Positions 15,183 through 29,167 of a stretch of DNA of 64,000 bases are shown piece by piece. Within the stretch, counting starts at the first letter, position 1, and every line of letters starts with the position of its first letter. Location: assembly GCF_009914755.1 (NCBI RefSeq), contig NC_060933.1; one strand, given 5' to 3'. Origin of the DNA: the human T2T-CHM13v2.0 reference genome, Homo sapiens. Under the pieces are notes generated by a model that was not told where the DNA came from, searched no databases, and saw only the letters and a list, made by a program, of their open reading frames with translations. The position numbers and the translations under genes were made by a program.

Positions 15183-18100
15183 ACTCTTCCTGTCCCCCAA
15201 CAGGGTCAAGTGAGTCAAACGAGTCATTCACAGCAGCTTCAGAGTTCACAAAGCCTTTTTACAGTTTGCGTATCTCCAACCCTTCGCTACAATCCTAGAC
15301 AGCAAGGAGGGAAGGAATTATGATTTTCATTTTACAGGTGAGGAAATCAGAACTCAGAGAGGTTGTGACTTGCCCAAGATTTCCCAACAGGCAAATGTCA
15401 GAGCCTGGATCAGACTTCAGACTCAGGCCCCCTCTTTTTCTCCAGTGCCGTGTCACCTCTCACTAAGGGGTCATCTAATCCAGCCTGCTATCTGATATAC
15501 TAATGCCTTCAACAACGTCCCTGTCCAGTGACTATCCAGCTTCTGCCTAAACACTCCCCAAGACACGAGCCTCACTACCATTCCCTGAAGCAGCGAGATG
15601 CATCTTTAGACAGCTCTGCCAGAAAACACTTGCTCAGTCAGGGTCAAAATCAGCCGTCTTGTAACACTCCTGTCTGAGACCTCAGTAATCATGCCATGCA
15701 GCCATTCAAATGCCTTCTGCGACACAGATGCCGGCCCACTTCCAGCATCTGCTCGCTCACCTCCAGTTTGGGGAATTCAACACCACTCAAGCCGACCCTT
15801 TCCTTCTTTGAGTATTTAAAAATCATCCTCCCTCCCGCAACTCCTCCCCACTGGCTTTGTCCTCTGTGGCCCCCACAGACCACATCTGTTCCTTCTGCCC
15901 CAGGGTAGCCCCTCAGAGACAACGACCATGCCCCTAAGTTTTATTTTTCTTCTGGCTGCAGCCTTAACAGGTCACCAGGGACGGGATGCTCTGTCCTGCT
16001 AGCCTGACTTCCTCTACTTCCCTTTCCCCTGAGCACATGGACCCCCACATTTCCACAGGAGGCCAACGTCATGTCTATAATAACAACTACTGCCATACAC
16101 TGTGTGTTCACCATGTGCCAGGCACCTTAATGAGTGCTCTGCTTGTATTCCATCTTCAATAACTCTGCATTATTATTCCCATTAGACTGCCTATGTATAC
16201 ATGGCTGTCACTCTGGGTTGAGGGGACAACTGCAGGAATCTGAAGGATGGATGTGACCAGAAACAACCCAGGTTTGAACCTGTGTCAGTCCCAAGACTCC
16301 AGGCCCCAAGGAAGGTGGAGGAGTTCAGAGGTATACAGAATCTGATTATGGGCACAGACCACAGGGGCAAAAGACTTGGGTTTAAATTGTAACCGTTTAC
16401 CGACTATGTGACTTTGGGCAAGTCACTTCACCTCTCTCAGCCTCCATTTCTTCATGTTTAAAATGGAGCCAGTAGCAGGGAGCTAGTAGTATGGAGCCCA
16501 CATGTTGCAGTAAGGAGACAATGAATGCTGGCTCAGTGCTCAGCCATGGAAGCTAACACCAACATTGTCATCAATATTATTACAGAGAGATCATACCCAG
16601 GGCTGAGGCTGGTGCATGTCATAGTCTTGTCCCCCCTACACACACACACTGAGCCTGGTCAGACACAGTGTCTTCCTGCACCCCCACGCACCTTCCAGCA
16701 AATGCCTGAAACCTGAGGTGGGTGCAGATGGGCTATATGAGGGAGGGGTGTGAGAAGCCTGAGGGGGCATGGCTTGTAATGAACTGGGCATCACTCAAAC
16801 TTCTCTACAGTAAAGAGAAAGGGCAATGGACAGGAAATAAAGGGTGAAAGAGAGTGAGGAGATAGAAAGAAAAAGACTGAAAATGCTGCCATCTCACTGC
16901 TAATGAAAGCATGGCTTCAGGCAAGTTATTTTCCCTTCTGAGCCTCCATGTGCAACTCTGTCAAATGGGCTAGTAACTCTGTCTGAGCCTCCATGTGCAA
17001 CTCTGTCAAATGGGCTGACTGGGGTGAGGATGAAGTGAGGTGCTGCACCTGGAAGCCCCCAGCCAAGGTGTAGCCCACAGGAGCCCTCAGGGAAGCTCTG
17101 CTCCTGGGCAGGGAGAGCTCTGTCCAGCACGGCAATCCACAAGAACAACAATATAATCAGAACAACATGATGCCTACTGTTTTCCAAATACTGTGTGGGG
17201 CCAGTCCTCACAGCAACCTTTGAGGAAGGTGTCATTATCCTCACTTACAGGTGAACAAACTGACAGTTAAGCAGGAAGCAGGTAACATGTACAAAGTCAC
17301 CCAGTAAGCCAAGATGCCAGGACTGGCACCTGGGTCTGGCTGATGCCAAATTTTGTTCCCCGAAAATCAAACTGTGGATCCCCTGTGAGCCAGGCACTGG
17401 GTGTGAGAGCCTTTCCATAAATCTTCCCTCCTAGCCCAAGGATCACCCTGGACCACTTCCACTGGGGATGATGGAGGAAGACTAGACAGAAGCCCAGTGC
17501 CCTGAGTTCTGGTCCCCTCTCTGCTACAAGACGCTGCATGGTCACAGGCTACTCCTTCCTGCTCCTCAGCCTCAGTTTCTTTATCTGTATCATGGAGGTC
17601 CTGGAAGTCCGGACTTTCAGGGTTTTCTGACTAACACTGAGATTGCGCACACAGTAGCAGGAAGTTGGAGGAGGAAAGTCATCTTAATGGGAGCAGAGTA
17701 CTGCATTCCTCTATCCCTTAATAACCACTAATTAGTTAATCCCTGTAGCAGCAAAGTGAGTTATCAGGTATTATTAGCCCCAATTTACAAGCAGGAGGTT
17801 GAAGGAGAGAAGAACTGACAGAGGGATTGGTCCCAGGCTCTAGGCAGAGTTGGGATCAGTGAAAACCCAACAGACACTACAAATTGCTTCAAGATTGGGG
17901 GAGGAGCAGCAGAGAAGCGAGGGAGGCCTCAAAGGGGAGGAACCACACAGGAAGGTGCTTCTGATCCTCATGAAGTTGAGGTCCCTCTGAGGGCACCTGG
18001 GCCTGCTCTGTCTATGCACAGATGTGTGGACCTAGGCCCAGAGATGGAGAGAGACTGGCCCAAGGTCACACAGCCAAAAGTGCAGACAAGGAGTGCAGAG

Positions 18101-20300
18101 CTCCATCGGTTCTCAGCTGAGGCTGTTCTGATGGGGGTTGGGGCGATGGCTTCTAAGAGCTGAGCTTCTTCCATGGCCCTCCCTGAATTCCTAGAGAAGC
18201 AGCCAGCTGTAAGCCCCCAGGGATGGTGTGTGTACTAATGGCCTGTGACAAAGGCAGAGGATAAGCTCCCTGCTCTGCAGACTAAACAAGGCACAAGAAG
18301 CCAAGTCAAACAAAAGCTGAGGTTTTGTGTCGGCCCAGCTGGTGGGCTAGAAGCGGCCCAGCCTCTTGGGAGGCCAGGCCCTGAGCCATCACCTGGAATC
18401 TCCTCTGGTGGCCTTTCTCCCTTTTGCCACTGAGGGCTGCACAGAAGCATGTCCACAACACATGTCCTCACTCTGTGACCAACCCTGCTTTGTAGCACAC
18501 AATGCACTTTCATCACAAGGCCCCAAGATGACAAAACTGAGGCTCAGAGAGGGGAAGGAAGATGCTTACCCCAAGTCACATAGCAAGTTAGGCAGGAGAC
18601 TGGGCACAAGACCTCCTGACTTCCGCACCACCACAACCCTCAAATTTTTTTTAATGAGTGTTTTTCTTTAAAACATAGTATGAACACTGGAACAGAGGGA
18701 AATGCAGTATTCCAATTTCCATCCACAGTGTTGTCCGACCTGGCATCTCACTGGAGTCCCCAAGCACAGGCCCTGGCAGCAGACCAGGCTGGGTTCAAGT
18801 CCTACTCCTGCCTTTTGCTAGCCCCACGGCTTTGGCAAATTACTGCAGTTGGAATTATTAACTGTTGGAATTATTAAATTGTTGGAATTATTAAGTGAAC
18901 TAATGGGCACAGACATTTTGTTCCACACTTAGCATATAGTAAGCACCCAATTATTGCTATTGCCATTAGCAGCTCCGGCACTTACCTGCCAGGTGTGCAA
19001 GGCCCTCAACTGCTAAGCCTTCTGTCTCAAATGAGACATCACCAAGATTTCTCCTAACTCCAGAGCCCTGTAGTCTCCACCACCTGGCCCAAATGAAACG
19101 ATGGACCCCAGAATCAGGGAAGTATGGTGGGAACCTGTGTCACTTCCCTGTTTCTCTTTCTAACCAGGCTCCTTGCCCCTCCCCCAGGCTCCACACACCT
19201 GCAGCAGAATGTTCCGGGATGTGAGTCTGCACAGCAGCCAGTCTGCCCATTCTCAGAGCTGCTCAGTTGAGTCACTCCTAGTGTTGTTCTGGGAGAAGGT
19301 GGAGACTTTCATGTCCCTTCTCTGGCAGTGCTGCTCCTAAGCGTGTAGGGAGACAAATCCCCCTGCCTTGTTTTGGGTACAAACAGTGGAAACATAGGCA
19401 TCCTACCTGCAGAAGACTTAGGAGTCAGTCTCCATCAACCCCTTGGATCACGTGTCAAAGGGGTCCTCACCACAGCCCTAATCGTGCAGGGATTGCTCTG
19501 GTGTTTTCAGAACACAGCTCCTGTTCTATATTGCAGAGCTCACTTTCAAAAAATTGAGAATGATTTGGCTTCAGGCCTGGGGTCATTTCTCACTTCTTGT
19601 CTCCTGGTTCCCAACAGGAGCAAGAAGAGATCTGCCTGGTGGGGATTAAGGTGACACTGCTCTCTACCAGCTAGGGAGGTGCAACAGGACATGTGAGGAG
19701 ATTACCTACCTGCCCCTGCTTACCTTTCTGTGTGTCAAGTTTAAGCCCCTAGAGGGTTATGTGTAATACTGTTTAGGAATCTTAAACGATAGAGACCCTA
19801 TTGCTGGGATTATAGGGTGTGGAGACATTCTCGCCTTTCACACTGAGGCTTGGGATGGCTGCCAACCTCAGTGCGTCATGCCAGTTGCTGAGCCCTACTT
19901 TGCACAGAAGTGACTTATTCCAGTGTATTTAAAATAACTAATGTCCCAGGAGCCCCTTATCTTTAGAGCACATTCTGCCATTGACTGATATGGACTCAAA
20001 GGAAAGTTTCCAGACCCAACTGTAGCTGGGAAATTATTGGGTCTGTGTTAAAAGACTCCACTCCTCAGGGTGCTTGCCATGAGACTTTAGACAGGTCATT
20101 TTCCCTGTCTGGGCTTCCATTTCCTAACCTGTTACCAAAACATAATAACTTCCAGCAATGTCTGGTTTTCATGGCTAGGTGAACATCCTTTCTAATACCA
20201 CAAATTCAAGGGCTTATTATTGTTTCCTGAAAAAGTATAGAGTTATGGCTTCCAAGCATCAGTTGAAAAGTAGAAAAGTAGAAAAGTCACAGTAGAAAAG

Positions 20301-20467
20301 TCAGTATAAGATAATCGGAGGACTGTTATTGGAAAGAACTGATTGGCCTTTAGTCAAGTGTGTGTCTTTCCTAATTATTTTATTGGGGGCTATTAAAATG
20401 TCCTTCTTTTGGAAAATGGTGGCAGATCTTAGCTTTTGAAGTTTATAAGTTTCTTTGTTTGGCCTGA
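20301..20467 (-). pseudogene. UBA5-like exon (C-terminal part of the domain)
   Basis: tttttgttttccaag| acceptor; the phase-1 join gives LLK-FRPNKETYKLQKLRSATIFQKKDILIAPN, gapless against [32 protein letters not shown]; 3' end uncertain (stop at 20301). Confidence 0.6.
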
Positions 20468-20734
20468 CTTGGAAAACAAAAAAAATGGACATTCCATGCA
20501 GATTTCCCCTATTTTTACTTGAAATATTGGTCAATCCAAAAGTCTGAGAACTATTGGCTTAAAAGACCAAGACTGTGCCTATTAAACTGGTTTTACTGGC
20601 CATGAAATGGTTAAGTAGTAACATCCCAGAACTGCTATAATCATGGGATGCTAGTTACTCCCTCTACTCAGATCCTAATTAAAAAGTACCTCCTAAAAAT
20701 GAATTTTTAGGTGATGAACAAGTTCCGAGAGACA

Positions 20735-20975
20735 ACATAGTACGGTGGTTAAGGACACAGGCTCTGGAGTCTTGCCATCTGCGTTCAAATTCTGCTTCTG
20801 CAATTTACCAGCTGTTAACCTCTCTGGACCTTAGCTTCCTTATCTGGAAGGTGGGGATAATAAAAGCACCCAACCCACAGAATTGTTTTAAGGATTAAAT
20901 ACATTAAGCCATGTGAAACACTTAGAACAGGGTTGGCACATAGCAAGTGTTCAAAATACAGTACCTATTATTATT
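20735..20975 (+). mobile_element. MIR (one of many; others at ~1345, 3470, 3915, 6540, 15300, 16370, 32810, 47990, 52725, 55590)
   Basis: MIR core: gtggttaagg..ctctggag..ctcagtttcctcatctgtaaaatggggataata-like. Confidence 0.85.
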
Positions 20976-20987
20976 ATAGGCATTTAC

Positions 20988-21093
20988 ATTTTAGTAAAGC
21001 AATAAGTGTGTCTCCAAGTCAATGAATTCCATCTCGGTGTGTGAAAGTTGTAGCTGCAATATCGAAAGTACTCCCTGTAATCTTTGAGAACAA
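20988..21093 (-). pseudogene. UBA5-like exon spanning the catalytic-Cys region
   Basis: Strong pyrimidine tract cttttccttttctctgcgag|, donor AAT|gtaaat; VLKDYREYFRYCSY/LSHTEMEFIDLETHLLL/LK compared with [29 protein letters not shown]; frame ambiguous. Confidence 0.6.
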
Positions 21094-22317
21094 CTCGCAG
21101 AGAAAAGGAAAAGTAGCAAAAAGTTGAGTAGTGTTAAATGTTTTGATTTCCAAAATAATAAAAGAAAATGTATCTGAAAGACTGCACTTATCCTCTTATC
21201 AACAAGGCAGTCTGTCCGAAAATAGAAAACAAATGGCAAAGAGATGAAAATAGTGGAGAAAATGTAAGAAAAATAAGGACGAATTCAGTAAATTTGACTA
21301 ATAGTACTTCCAGACAGTGAAAAAAAGAAGGTGAAAAATTATTTTCTTTAAAAAGAGATTGATTTCTCCAGAACCCAAGGGCATAAGTCTCCAGAATGAA
21401 AGAATCCTTGAGAATCAGGTCCATAGATTAAAAAACAAACAAACAAACAAAAAGCTCCACAAAACAATTACTGCAAAGTACAAGAATACTGGTGATAAAG
21501 AAAAGATTCTATGAGGTTCCAAACAGCAAAACCAGGTCACGTACAAAAATGGTCAGCAATTATAGTGATTGAAGACTTCTCAGAAAGTAACACTGGAAGT
21601 GAGAAGATGATGGAACATTGCCTCCAAAATTCTGAAGGAAAATTATTTTTGACCTAGAATTCAATTCCCAGCTAAATGAAAGAATAGAATAGAGACATTT
21701 CATACAAGCAAAATTTCAAAATATTTTCTATCAGGGCTGTGCTGAGCCATATTGGAGGCCGAAGCAAAAGGAAAAGTCAGTAATGCTGACTTTGTCTTTA
21801 TCTAAAATTCTGATATGTTTTTCATAATGATTATTTTGCACTAATTTTTATATTTTAAAATGCTGTTTAAAATATCATTTATTGTGATTATTGAGATTTT
21901 GGGTGCTCTCTTGCATTTTGCACTTGAAGCAAGTGCCTCACTTTCCTTTCTCTTGTCCCATCCTTAATTCCCATGACCTTTCTTGGGAAGTTACTGAAAT
22001 ATGTGCTTCCCTCAAAAAAGGAGAAAATCAAGAAGGAGAAAGACATGGACACAAGGGCAAGGCATGAAACACGGCAGAAAGATCAAGGGAATTCCTGTAG
22101 TGTTGGTGAAGGGTGATCCTAGGGTGATAACCATGCCCAAATCAGAGAGGCCAAGAGACCTAGATTGCAGCAAGACAGAAGGCAAGAAGTGGAAACTGGT
22201 AAGTTCATACGAAAACACAGAGAGGAGGGCATTAAGGATGGTAATAATTTTTTTTAATTCAGCAAATGAAAACACAGATAATTATTATCTCCAGACAAAA
22301 CCAAAAGTCCAAAAATG

Positions 22318-22321
22318 GAAA

Positions 22322-22352
<31 letters not shown>

Positions 22353-22354
22353 AT
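22318..22354 (+). repeat. (AAAT)n microsatellite
   Basis: Direct reading. Confidence 0.95.
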
Positions 22355-22861
22355 AGTATTCTACTAGTTCAGCTGTGAAAAGCATTTAGATAATACTATA
22401 AACACTGACTATTGATCTAATTAACATTATGATATGACTATATTAGGAGGATGGGGTAATAGGAAGGATGGGTACACATGGTGGAAATAGGTGTAAAAGA
22501 AAGCTAAATCTTTATTTTCCATAGTGTTAAGCCCAAAATCTGAAATATTAAGTAGTAGCTGACACCGAAAGCACATGCAACAAAAGCAAAAATAAACAAC
22601 TGGGACTATATCAAATTAAATAGTTTCTTCACAGCAAAGGTAACCATCAACAAAACAAAAAGACATCCAACCTATGGAATAGGAGAAAATATTTCCAAAT
22701 CTAATATGTCCGATAAGGAGTTAATATTTAAAATATATAAGAAATTCAGACAATCAATAGCAAAAAACCCCAAATAACCAAATTTAAAAAGGATCAAAAG
22801 ACCTGAATAGGTATTTTTCCTAAGAATACAAATGATCAACAGGTATATAAAAAGAATCTCA

Positions 22862-23229
<368 letters not shown>

Positions 23230-23562
23230 TTACCTCATGCTTGTTAGAATGGTTATTTCACAAAAGTCAAAAGATAACAAGTGTTGTCAAGGATGTGGAG
23301 AAAAGGGAGCCTTGTACACTGTTGGTGGGAATGTAAATCGGTACAGCCATTATGGAAAACAGAATGGAGGTTCCTCAAAAAATTAAAAATGTGACTACCA
23401 GATGACCCAGCAATCCCATGTCTGGGTATATATTCAAAGGAAACAAAATCAGTATGTCAAAGAGATATCTGCACTCACATGTTCACTGTGGCATTATTCA
23501 CAATAGCTGAGATATGGAAACGACTAAGTGTCCTTAACAGATTAATGGATAAATAAAATGTA

Positions 23563-23564
<2 letters not shown>

Positions 23565-23602
<38 letters not shown>
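23565..23602 (+). repeat. (CA)n microsatellite
   Basis: Direct reading. Confidence 0.95.
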
Positions 23603-23605
<3 letters not shown>

Positions 23606-23954
23606 GGAATATTATTCAGCCTTTAAAAAAGGACATTTCGCTACAACTTGGATGGACTTGGAGAACATTATACTAAACGAAATACACTAGATACAGAAAG
23701 ACAAATACCACATGCTGTCACTTATGTGTAGAATCTTTTTTTAAAAAGCCAGACTCCTAGTAACAGAGAATAGAATGGTGCTTACTATGGGCTGGGAGGT
23801 GGCAGAAAAAAGGAGTATTTGTCAAAGGGTGCAAGCTTTCAGCTATGAGATGAATAAGTTCTGAAGACCCAATGTACAGCATGGTTACCATAGTTAATAA
23901 TACTGTATTATGTACTTGAAAATTACTGAGAGGGTAGATCTCAAGTGTTTTCAT

Positions 23955-23960
23955 CACACA

Positions 23961-24006
<46 letters not shown>
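23955..24006 (+). repeat. (CA)n microsatellite
   Basis: Direct reading. Confidence 0.95.
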
Positions 24007-24008
<2 letters not shown>

Positions 24009-24492
24009 TGTAACCACATGAGGTGATGAATATATTAATTAGCTTGATTGTGGTAATCATTTCACAATGTATATACACATCAAAACATCATGTTGTACAC
24101 CTTAAATATATACAATTTTTATTTGCCAATTATATCTCAATTGTTAAAAATCAAGTAATAGCAAGTTAATTGAGTTATATAGAGATGTGGAAGAAAATAC
24201 TAAAAAAGTGAAAAGAGGTGGAAAAAATTTGCTTTTGGGTGGGGGATATGGGAGAAGGCAAAGCAATAGGGCTACTCTTTTTGTGTCAAATCTTACAGAG
24301 TTATTTGATCTTTAAACTATGTATCTGTATAACTTTAAAAAATATAAAAACTTTCTAAAAACGATGTATTGATAGCTGTTTTCAGATTAGTTGAAACATT
24401 TGGGAAGAATTAGAGAAAACTACCTAGATGACTCATCCAAGCAATTATTAAGTCCAGGAAAAACAAAAAGAAGTACAAAAAGAGAGACATAG

Positions 24493-25500
24493 TAATATGG
24501 TTTGGCTATGTCCCCACCCAAATCTCATCTTCAATTGTAGTTTCCATAATCCCCACGTGTCATGGGAGGTAATTGAATCATGGCGGCATTAACCCCATGC
24601 TGTTCTCATAATAGTGAGTGAGTTCTTACAAGAGCTGATGGTTTTATAAGGGGCTTTTCCCCCTTTGCTCAGGACTCATTCTCTCTCCTGCCACCCTGTG
24701 AATACGTGCCTTCCACCATGATTGCAAATTTCCTGAGGCCTCCCCAGCCATGTGGAACTGTTAGCCAATTAAACCTCTTTTCTTTATAAATTACCCAGTC
24801 TTGGGTATTTCTTCATAGCAGCATGAGAATGGATTAAGACAGTAAATTTGTACCAGGAGTGGGGTGCTTCTGTAAAAATACCTGAAAATGTGGAAGCGAC
24901 TTTGGAATTGGCTAACAGGCAGAGGTGGGAACAGTTTGGAGGGCTCAGAAGACAGGAAGATGTGGGAACATTAGGAACTTTCTAGAGACTTGTTGAATGC
25001 CTTTGACCAAAATGCTGATGGTGATATGGACAATGAAGTCCAGGCTGAGGTGGTCTCAGATGAAGATGAGGAACTTCTTGGGGACTGGAACAAAGGTCAC
25101 TCTTGCTATACTTTAGCAAAGAGACTGGCAGTATTTGGCCCCTGCCCTAGAGATCTGTGGAACTTTGAACTTGAGAGAGATGATCTGAAATTGGAACTTA
25201 TGTTTAAAAGGGAAGCAGAGGCTGGACACAGTGGCTCATACCTGTAATCCCAGCACTTTGGGAGGTCAAGGTGGGCAGATCACCTGAGGTCAGGAGTTTG
25301 AGACCAGCCTGGCCAACATGGCAAAACCCCGTCTCTGCTCAAAATACAAAAATTAGCTGGGTGTGGTGCTGGACACCTGTAATCTCAGCTACTCAGGAGC
25401 CTGAGGCAGGGAGAATTGCTTGAACGTGGGAGGCGGAGGTTGCAGTGAGCTGAGATCATGCCACTGCACTCCAGCCTGGGCAACAGAGTGAGACTCCATC

Positions 25501-25538
<38 letters not shown>

Positions 25539-26163
25539 AAGCAGAGCATAAAAGTTTGGAAATTTGCAGCCCAACAATGGAATAGAAAAGAAAAACCCAT
25601 TTTCTGGGGACAAATTCAAGCCCATTGCAGAAATTTAAATAAATAAGGAGGAACCGAATGTTAATCACCAAGACAATGAGGAAAATTTCTCCAGGGCATG
25701 TCAGAGATCTTCATGATAGTCCCTCCCACCACAGGCCCAGAGGCCTAGGAGGGAAAAATGGTTCCCTGGGCCAGACACAGGGCCCTCCTGCTGTGTACAG
25801 AGTGCCTTGCATCCCAGCCGCTCCAGCAATGGCTAAAAGGGGCCAAGATACAGCTCAGGCTGTTGCTTCATAGGGTGCAAGCCCCAGGCCTTGGCAGCTT
25901 CCACATGGTGTTGGTCCTCCATGTGTGCAGAAGACATGAATTGAGGTTTGGAAGCCTCCATCTAGGTTTCAGAGGAGGTATGGAAGAGCCTGGATGTCCA
26001 GGCAGAGGTGTGCTGCAGGGGTAGAGTCCTCATGGAGAATCTCTGCTAGGGCAGTGCAGAAGGGAAATCTGGGGTTGGAGCCCCAACACAGAGTCCCCAC
26101 TGGGGCACTGCCTAGTGGAGCTGTGAGAAGAGGGTCGCCATCTTCCAGGCCCCAGAATGGTAG
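24493..26163 (+). mobile_element. THE1/MST (ERVL-MaLR) 5' LTR plus truncated internal region
   Basis: atatggtttggctatgtccccacccaaatctcatc LTR start; internal gctgaggtggtctcagatgaagatgagg; interrupted by an Alu. Confidence 0.92.
25221..25535 (+). mobile_element. AluS inside MaLR internal sequence
   Basis: Full dimer; TSD ~aaaa(gg/tg)aagcagag. Confidence 0.97.
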
Positions 26164-26279
26164 AGGGCTAAATCCTCTTCTATGAAAATAGGAAATCAAT
26201 AGTGTTTAAAATTGATAAATCAAGAAATAAATCAAGAAATAAAAGTATGAGCGTATCATTTAGAAATGCAGATATAAGT

Positions 26280-26592
26280 GGCCGGGGGCAGTGTCTCACA
26301 CCTGTAATCCCAGCACTTTGGGAGGCAGGTGGATCATGAGATCAGGAGTTTGAGACTAGCCTGGCCAAAGAGATCAGCGGGGCCAACATGGTGAAACCCT
26401 GTCTCTACTAAAAATACAAAAATTAGCCGGGCATGGTGGCAGGAACCTGTAATCCAGCTACTCCTGCTGAGGCAAGAGAATTGCTTGAACCTGGGAGGGG
26501 GAGTTTGCAGTCAGCCGAGATCGCACCATTGCACTCTAGCCAGGGCGATAGAGTGAGACTCCATCTCAAAAAAGAAAGAAAGAAAGAAAGAA
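26280..26592 (+). mobile_element. AluS with small internal duplication and deletions
   Basis: Dimer; TSD agaaat(g/t)cagatataa. Confidence 0.95.
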
Positions 26593-27449
26593 ATTCAGAT
26601 ATAAATATCAGAAGAAACAGCTGAAAGGGTGGAAAATGATTGTCTCAACTCTAAGGAGTGAAAAGTAAGGAAGAGAGTTAGTTTTTATTATAAATAAGAC
26701 TTCCAGTATTATTTGACTTTTCAAACTGCATGTATTTCTTGATTAAAACAAAATTTAATTTTAAAAAATAAAACTAGAAGCAGGTAACAGCTACAAGGAG
26801 GGTAACTGAGGTTCCAGATAAGGAAGAACTTTTTAATATCCAGAGGTATCCAACAGTGGAGCTGGCTGTCCCTACAAATAGAGTTCCCTCGCCATCTAAC
26901 AGAAGTATTTAAACAGAAACTATATGCTCAGCCTACCAGAAATAAGGTAGAAGGTTCCAGCTTCATTAGGGAAGTTAAACTAAATGAGCTTTCCTACCCT
27001 TTTAACTCTAAGACCCTTTTCAATTTTATGCATTTGTGGGAGCTGGGATGTTATTGTCATTTATCTCCTAAATAATTTATCTATGCATTTTACAAGCATT
27101 TGCTTGGTACCTATTTCACGTCTGATGCTGCACCAGGTCCTGGGTTGGGGATAGGACAGCTGAGATAGACAGGTGTGGTGTCTGCTTATGAGAATCATTG
27201 AAGGGCAGTGCTAGAAAGGCCCTCCGAGTTTGTCTGGTCCAGGCCCTTATTATACAGAAAAGGAAACTGAGGTCACAAGATGGGCAGACACTTGTACAGT
27301 ATTATACAGCATTAGTGGCAGGGCCAAGATCACATCCCGACCTCTGCATTCCTGTGCCAGTACTCTTTTCCTCACCATTCCTCCTCTGAAGAGCGCTTCC
27401 TTAAAAATAGTTCTAACAAAAATGAAGCTGCTTCTTCATGTCATTTTAC

Positions 27450-27598
27450 TGATCTCATGTAGGCAGTATTGTGTCAGGAATCTTATATTTGAATTGTAGC
27501 AACGTTTGGTTTCCTGGATATCTGCTTCAGAGGTCATGTGGTGAACCCTCCGAGACACCAGTCAAAGTTTGCTGAACCCAAACCTCCAAGTCGTTCAC
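27450..27598 (-). pseudogene. UBA5-like exon with TGA and +1 frameshift
   Basis: ggtttagatctttcag| ... TCA|gtaaaa; VNDLEVWVQQTLTGVSEGSPHDL*SRYPGNQT/CYNSNIRFLTQYCLHEI (stop at 27527-27529, extra base ~27501) compared with [39 protein letters not shown]..IDE; alternative donor at 27375. Confidence 0.7.
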
Positions 27599-27957
27599 CT
27601 GAAAGATCTAAACCAACAGAAATGAAACAAATTGGCATTGCTTTGTCTCACTATCTCGTGAGATGCGTGAGAATTCTTAAGCAGACAGTTACTGCCTGTG
27701 TCATGGGTAAAATCCCAAATCATTTTGTGGGGTTTGTTATTGTTCCAACAGCTATAAGAGAGCCAATATCTGCATGTACCAACATCTCTTTGTAGTATCG
27801 CTTCCTGGATCCTTTTTTTTTTTTTTTTTTTTCCGCTTGATTTGGGAGTCATGTCTCTGCTGCCTTGAAAAAAAATGCCACCATCTCGCCAAACTTCAGT
27901 TTCCCCATCTGTCTGTTTGCTCATTTAAACAAGAAAAATCAAGGGCATTAGACTAAA

Positions 27958-28175
27958 CCAGTGGTTCTCAGCCAGGGGCAACTTTGCCCTCACCCTTAGA
28001 GGACATGTAGCTCTCTGGAGACATTTTCAATTGTCATACTTGGGGTGGGGTGCTGCTGGCATCTAGTGGAATAGAGGCCAGGGCTGCTGCTAACATCCTA
28101 AAATGCACAGAGCAGCTCCTTCAAACCCAGAATTACCTTGTCCAAAATGTCATTAGTGCTGCTGTTCAGAAACAC
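27958..28175 (+). mobile_element. MER20 (hAT-Charlie)
   Basis: cagtggttctca..ggcatctagtgg..gaggccagg..gctaacatccta..aaatgtcattagtgc. Confidence 0.85.
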
Positions 28176-28298
28176 CAGGCTAGATTCTTTGGCTTCAAGA
28201 GACAGAAACCCAATTCCAGCTTGGTTAAACAAAAGAAAAAAAGAAGACAGGGTGGTTATTGGAAGGATATTATCATTGCTTAAAAACAAGACAAAACA

Positions 28299-28617
<319 letters not shown>

Positions 28618-28902
28618 TTAAAAAAAAAAACAACTCAGGATTAATATGCCTTGGTGACTAGAATAAGTCGTTCAACCCCATATGGGGCTACCTCTCCCCT
28701 CTCTCTGTCTTCCTTCTGTTCTCATTCTTTTCATGGTACGTAGGACTAGCCACCCAAGCTCTGGGCTTGTATCCTCCCAGTGCCATAACCAGAGAGGAAA
28801 AGGTCCCTTTCCCAGATCCATTATCGCAAATCCTGGATTGGGAAAGGATTCTGATTGGTGAAGCTTGGTCACATGCTTATCCCTGATATAATTAGGTATT
28901 AC

Positions 28903-28965
28903 CTCCACTTGTGAATTTCCTGTAGGTACAGAATCCAAGAAGAAAAGTGTTGCTGTTGCTCATCC
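28903..28965 (-). pseudogene. UBA5-like exon with premature TGA
   Basis: 88-nt upstream intron; tcttag| ... GAG|gtaata; 63 nt, phase 0-0: G*ATATLFFLDSVPTGNSQVE (stop at 28960-28962) compared with DLVLSCVDNFEARMT. Confidence 0.65.
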
Positions 28966-29053
28966 CTAAGATTTAGAAGTTAAATGTTTTTATTTTTAAA
29001 AGGTAAAGAGAATCTTTGATACAATTTGTACTGGCGACACTACTGGAAACAAC

Positions 29054-29167
29054 CTGAGTTTCACTTAAGTGACCAACATCAAATTGCTCCAAATCAAACA
29101 AATCAACACCAAATTGAGCCAAAATGTATTCTTTTGTATGATTGTTGTAAGAGAAAAGAACTGACAT
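29054..29167 (-). pseudogene. UBA5-like exon
   Basis: ttttccctattctgttctaag| ... CAG|gttgtt; 114 nt, open, phase 0-0: MSVLFSYNNHTKEYILAQFGVDLFDLEQFDVGHLSETQ compared with [27 protein letters not shown]. Confidence 0.65.

Noticed and set aside
18848-18893. Triple gttggaattattaa repeat (similar small duplications at 2671-2702 and 53917-53955)
   Set aside because: Ordinary slippage duplications with no further structure.
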